A stretch of DNA of 55,369 bases, counting the filler, from Platydemus manokwari (lineage: Eukaryota): NCBI GenBank assembly GCA_037951405.1. It is 4 parts of 4 records of this genome, joined end to end, with 100 filler letters (N's around TTAATTAATTAA, not from the genome) between each part and the next. Parts side by side here need not be neighbours in the genome. Positions count along the whole stretch, not along the records: positions 39,213 to 55,369 come from JBBMOY011210320.1; 3 more parts are not named here. One strand, given 5' to 3'. A program made the position numbers and the translations under genes. The notes beneath the pieces were generated by a model that was not told where the DNA came from, did no database searches, and saw only the letters and a program-made list of their open reading frames with translations. Below are positions 51,301-55,369 of this stretch, in pieces. Numbering within the stretch: position 1 is the stretch's first letter; every line of letters begins with the position of its first letter.

Positions 51301-54205
51301 GCCAGGTTCTCAGTGATAATTAATGCGTGTGGAGTAGTGCGGATTCGAATACAACAAATAATCAAATGATGAATTCAATATAAGTTCCAATTCTGATAAG
51401 TAGAAAGGACTCCGAAACCCGTTCATTATTCATAGTACTCATCATTGTTGTCATTTATGTGATCAGCTAACCCACATAAGCCTCGAATATGTGAAAGTGC
51501 TAATCCTTTGTAGCATTAATTGCCAGCTTGTATTCTTTCATAAAATACGAATTGATAACGAATATAAAAACATCAAACTGAAAAAGTACTTTTAATCAAA
51601 CCAACCAAGCAAATTAAAATGACCATTTATGCCTTTAAATCTAAATATAATTCCTATTCAAAATTATCATTTAGATATTAATTGATTTTAAAATTCTAAA
51701 AGGAATCAAGAATGAATTTGATTTGGACTATTAATTGATAATCACTTCCGTTAATTGATATTTTTATTTATCCTTAATATTCAACCGGATATTTGGTTAA
51801 CATATGTTTTATTGATTATTATTCCTGATTGTACAAAAATCTTACAACCAGTAAATTAATTGTGTTTCGTAACTGAAATAATTACGTAAACTTTTATTAA
51901 GAAAAATTATAAAATTTCTCAATTTTCTTGCATAAACCTGTGATGGAAGGCAAAATAAAAACTGAATGTTATGTAATAATATTTAATTATGAGTTGTAAT
52001 GAGTATTGTTTATTAGAAATATGCTATTCTCGACCGGAAAATGGCGTATGTTCCTCACAGAAAATAAAGTGGTATTTCAGCATTCAATCTATGAGTTGTA
52101 TTAGAATATTAGACGGAGGTTGTGGTAGCAGTCTTAACAGATTCGATTCCAAATTTGATTGTGAAGAAATGTGCAGAAAGTTATTAGATCATAAAATATC
52201 GACAATGACGCATATTCCAACGAATACTGTTTCAAGTCACCATTCATTGATGACAACAAATCAATGGATTGGATCAACAAAATCATTGGGTAAATTACGA
52301 AGACGATTTCATCGAAGAATTCCTGACAATAAATTGGAATCTACCAAACCAATGTTAACATCAACTGAAAAAACAACACCGCGAAAATATATAAGCTCTA
52401 TTGATTCAGAAATAGGTTTAGCTTATTCATATGTTACTAAGAGTACGTAATTATTATTCAGATTTTGATCCGTGTTTCAAAAATGCCACAAAAGGCTCTT
52501 GTGATTATGGTTTTGGAAGAACTAGCTATCAAATGATTAGATATTCTTTCGATTCACAAAAGGGTCGCTGCTACAAGGTGCAATTTTCAGGGTGTAAGGG
52601 CGGAGAAAACTTATTTGATGATGCTAATGATTGCAAGTCAGCATGTGAATTTCGGTTGCATCGATCACTTAGTAAGTTCGCCATCGATGTAATTAATATT
52701 TCTTTAAACAAGGTGACTTATTTTGGCTTCTTTTAATTGCTTATGATCTTTATCATAATCTTATGTCGAAGAAAACAGATGCTGCAAATTATTTAAGAGT
52801 CAGATCATCACAATAGCTTAACCAGCATTAGCAAGTATTTCCATTTCAAGGTTTTTTCGAAAAAATGCTTTTTAATTTTCAATATAAATCAAGGCTAAAA
52901 TCTATTTCATGGTTTTTCATCACTATCTAAATGAAAACTATTAATATTATTAAAATTATAAATACTATATTATAAGATAAATATTCTGACCTAGTGTTTG
53001 ATTTTAATATTTATTTATTTATTCTAATTTTTTAATCATCCAACATTATATTTTTATTTATTGTATATATATTAGCCTGGATATATTTTTATGCGGAAAA
53101 TACAAACCGCAATACCTCACATGAAAGAAATTTTGCCAAAAGAAAATCTAATTACAATAGATAAATCTAGTAATAACCGAATTATCCCAATATTTTTAAT
53201 TATAGTACTTTAAATGGTACCATTTTAATTTCATATCCAAGAATACATTCCAAAAATTAAAAAAAAATCGGCAGTTATTATTTTTTTTAGATTATATCAA
53301 AAGTATTTTGCTAATATTTAACATGATATATTTTATGTGCTCGAAGGGTTTTTAAATTAAATTTCCATTAAAATTGAGATATCTAGCTTTGTTTCAACGT
53401 TTTTCATGATCATCAGGAGTAATTAATGAATTATTATTAATTTTTTGTCATTTTCTATCGCGTTAAAAACTGAATATGCGATATCTTATTCATGCTTTGA
53501 AAACCGTATCTACTAGAGACGGCATTTTTGGAGTAGGTTTCAGACTGATGAATTTCTTACCGCAAATTCAAATTATGTTTTCTTCTTGTGAGGAAGTTTG
53601 AATATCCGACAAAAACAAATAGAAACAAAAAAAAATTTCTATTTCATATGTTTCAAAAAACTACCTTGCATGTATATATATGTAATTTTTGAAATTTTTT
53701 ATATTAATTTAATCTTCAATTTTAAAAAATATATTTATTCTAATTTCAAGAATCACGAAGCTGTCAAAATCCGTATTCTGAAAAATGTGTTTCTCCTGAC
53801 AATAGCAATAATGAAAATAAACTGAGAAGATATTTCTTCTTTCCATCAACTGGAAATTGTATTCCTTTTACAAGTGTCGACGCCCCACATTGTACCAATC
53901 AATATTTTATGTCTGTAGAACAGTGCAAACAAGTTTGTACACCTAAACCTCCTATGGAGCACATGTTACAAAGTAAAAATTTAGTACTCTAAAACTGTTT
54001 CTTATCTAGAATTTAGATCAATGCTTTGGGAAAATAGTGATATCGGATCACTCATGCTCTGTTGATCAAAAAATATTTTTATGGTTTTTCCTACCGGGTA
54101 TTAATCAGTGCCTTCAGTATTTCACTTGCCCAGTAGAAGTCGAAGGAAATGTCTTTCATACTAGATTGGACTGCGAAAATTCTTGCAGAGCTTCAAATAT
54201 GCTTA
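45314..54205 (+). CDS. Large extracellular-type protein: Ser/Thr-rich region + Ig domain + Cys-rich segment + at least 7 Kunitz/BPTI domains (5' and 3' incomplete)
   Basis: In-phase exons 45314-45464, 46587-48143, 48197-48408, 49364-49997, 50449-50664, 50716-50907, 52017-52415, 52462-52671, 53751-53972, 54017-54205. Ig motifs ILWICP, YEWY, LQIK and DEGRYIC. Kunitz motifs include RFYFD...C..F...C...F.S...C...C and FSGCKGGENLF...CKSAC. The last exon ends in a GTAAG donor, so the gene continues. Confidence 0.9.
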
Positions 54206-55369
54206 GTAAGCCATTTATTTTAATTCGTCATTCTCAGGAAGAAATAATATAATTATGATTATTTAATGCACTACAATGCACTGCGATTTATTGATGACAT
54301 TTGATAGAATGATTTACCATTGTAATTATTTATAGAATATTTATCTATAATTAATTATCTGTAATTCCGTTTTAAATAGTTTACTTAAGTGCAAGTAACT
54401 AAATTATTGTTATTGTATGATAAAATATCCTATCAGGTATCCCAAATTTTCCCAGAAATTAAGACAAGTACAAATGAGTATGGCTACAATAAATAAAAAA
54501 TATATCAATTTATGAATACAGTGTTTATTAACAAGGAAGTGATAACAATATTATATGTTTAATATGGAAGAAATTAATTAGTTAAAGACTTAACGTTTCC
54601 TGGAAAAGATATTCTAAACAAAATGACTCCGACCCGAGCTTGTGGCACCCGATAATGAAATTATCAATTAAATAATTTTAAAAAAAGGTTGATTACCAGA
54701 ATTAATGGAATTTATTATTTATTAATTAAAATATATTTCGGATGAAGAAATCTCAATAAAAATTAGAATATGCTTGAACAATTGAATCGATAGTTCAAAT
54801 ATAAGTTCAAATCAAGATAATTTGTTGTTTGATAATATGTTGGGTGCGGTGCCTCTGTCAGTTGTAGAGGAACTATTATTGTTATTATTTTCTAAAAAAT
54901 CTTATCAGAAAATTATCAAGATAGATATAATTGAAAACTCATAATTTAGTTATATTTGCACTCTTCTATGCAACTGTTCAAGTTTTCTTTATTTTTTCTG
55001 GATTTCAACAACCCAAGTAAATTTTAGTCACTTTCGATTTTATTCGTATTTATGCTATGATTTTTTGGCTTATTTCTCCCTTAAATAATGTTCACAGATA
55101 AATGATAAATTTATGCTTATTTATTCACAGATATTTTCAAATTACCGTAAGCAATTTAGCGATGAAAATTCATGTACAGTTTGTACTTTTAAAAATATGT
55201 TCTACTATATCTATGCAGATATCAATAAAGCATTAATATTTAGGCATTTCAGAGGCAATTTTCTCTGAAAATATTTAAAAATAAAATATAATTTTCTAAA
55301 TTTGTTAATTATTAGTTAATTTTGAATTCACATTGATAATTAGTAAAGTTTAGAAACATAATATTTAAT

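Noticed and set aside
53545-53575. CTGATGA followed by an AATTT/AAATT hairpin
   Set aside because: No GAAA and no flanking helices.
1-55369. Most 60-100 aa ORFs in the supplied track; CRISPR arrays, operons, rRNA or tRNA genes
   Set aside because: The short ORFs are antisense shadows of exons or TEs, or AT-rich noise. No repeat-spacer array, prokaryotic gene organisation or structural RNA gene was seen.

Overview
Very AT-rich, intron-containing eukaryotic DNA, most consistent with a triclad planarian (inferred from composition, 42-53 bp introns and gene families). It is four contigs joined by artificial 100-bp linkers (44N-TTAATTAATTAA-44N), so adjacency across linkers is unproven. Host genes: a complete 6-exon secreted F-type-lectin + PAN/Apple gene (-, 13389-14308); N-terminal exons of a nicotinic acetylcholine receptor subunit (-, 25652-27080); the last exon of an ADAP/centaurin-alpha PH-domain gene (+, 34244-34645); and a large gene encoding a Ser/Thr-rich region, an Ig domain and at least 7 Kunitz domains (+, 45314 to >54205). 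There is also a probable decayed GPCR pseudogene. Much of the rest is decayed mobile DNA: Ty3/Gypsy, a non-LTR element, hAT elements with TIRs/TSDs, a Polinton-type DNA polymerase B and a Penelope-like relic. The most notable unannotated signal is a type III hammerhead ribozyme with an intact catalytic core (-, 22356-22415). It lies sense-oriented in the presumed nAChR intron, next to a 10-bp inverted repeat that could mask its cleavage site. All calls are by eye and manual translation; no searches were run.
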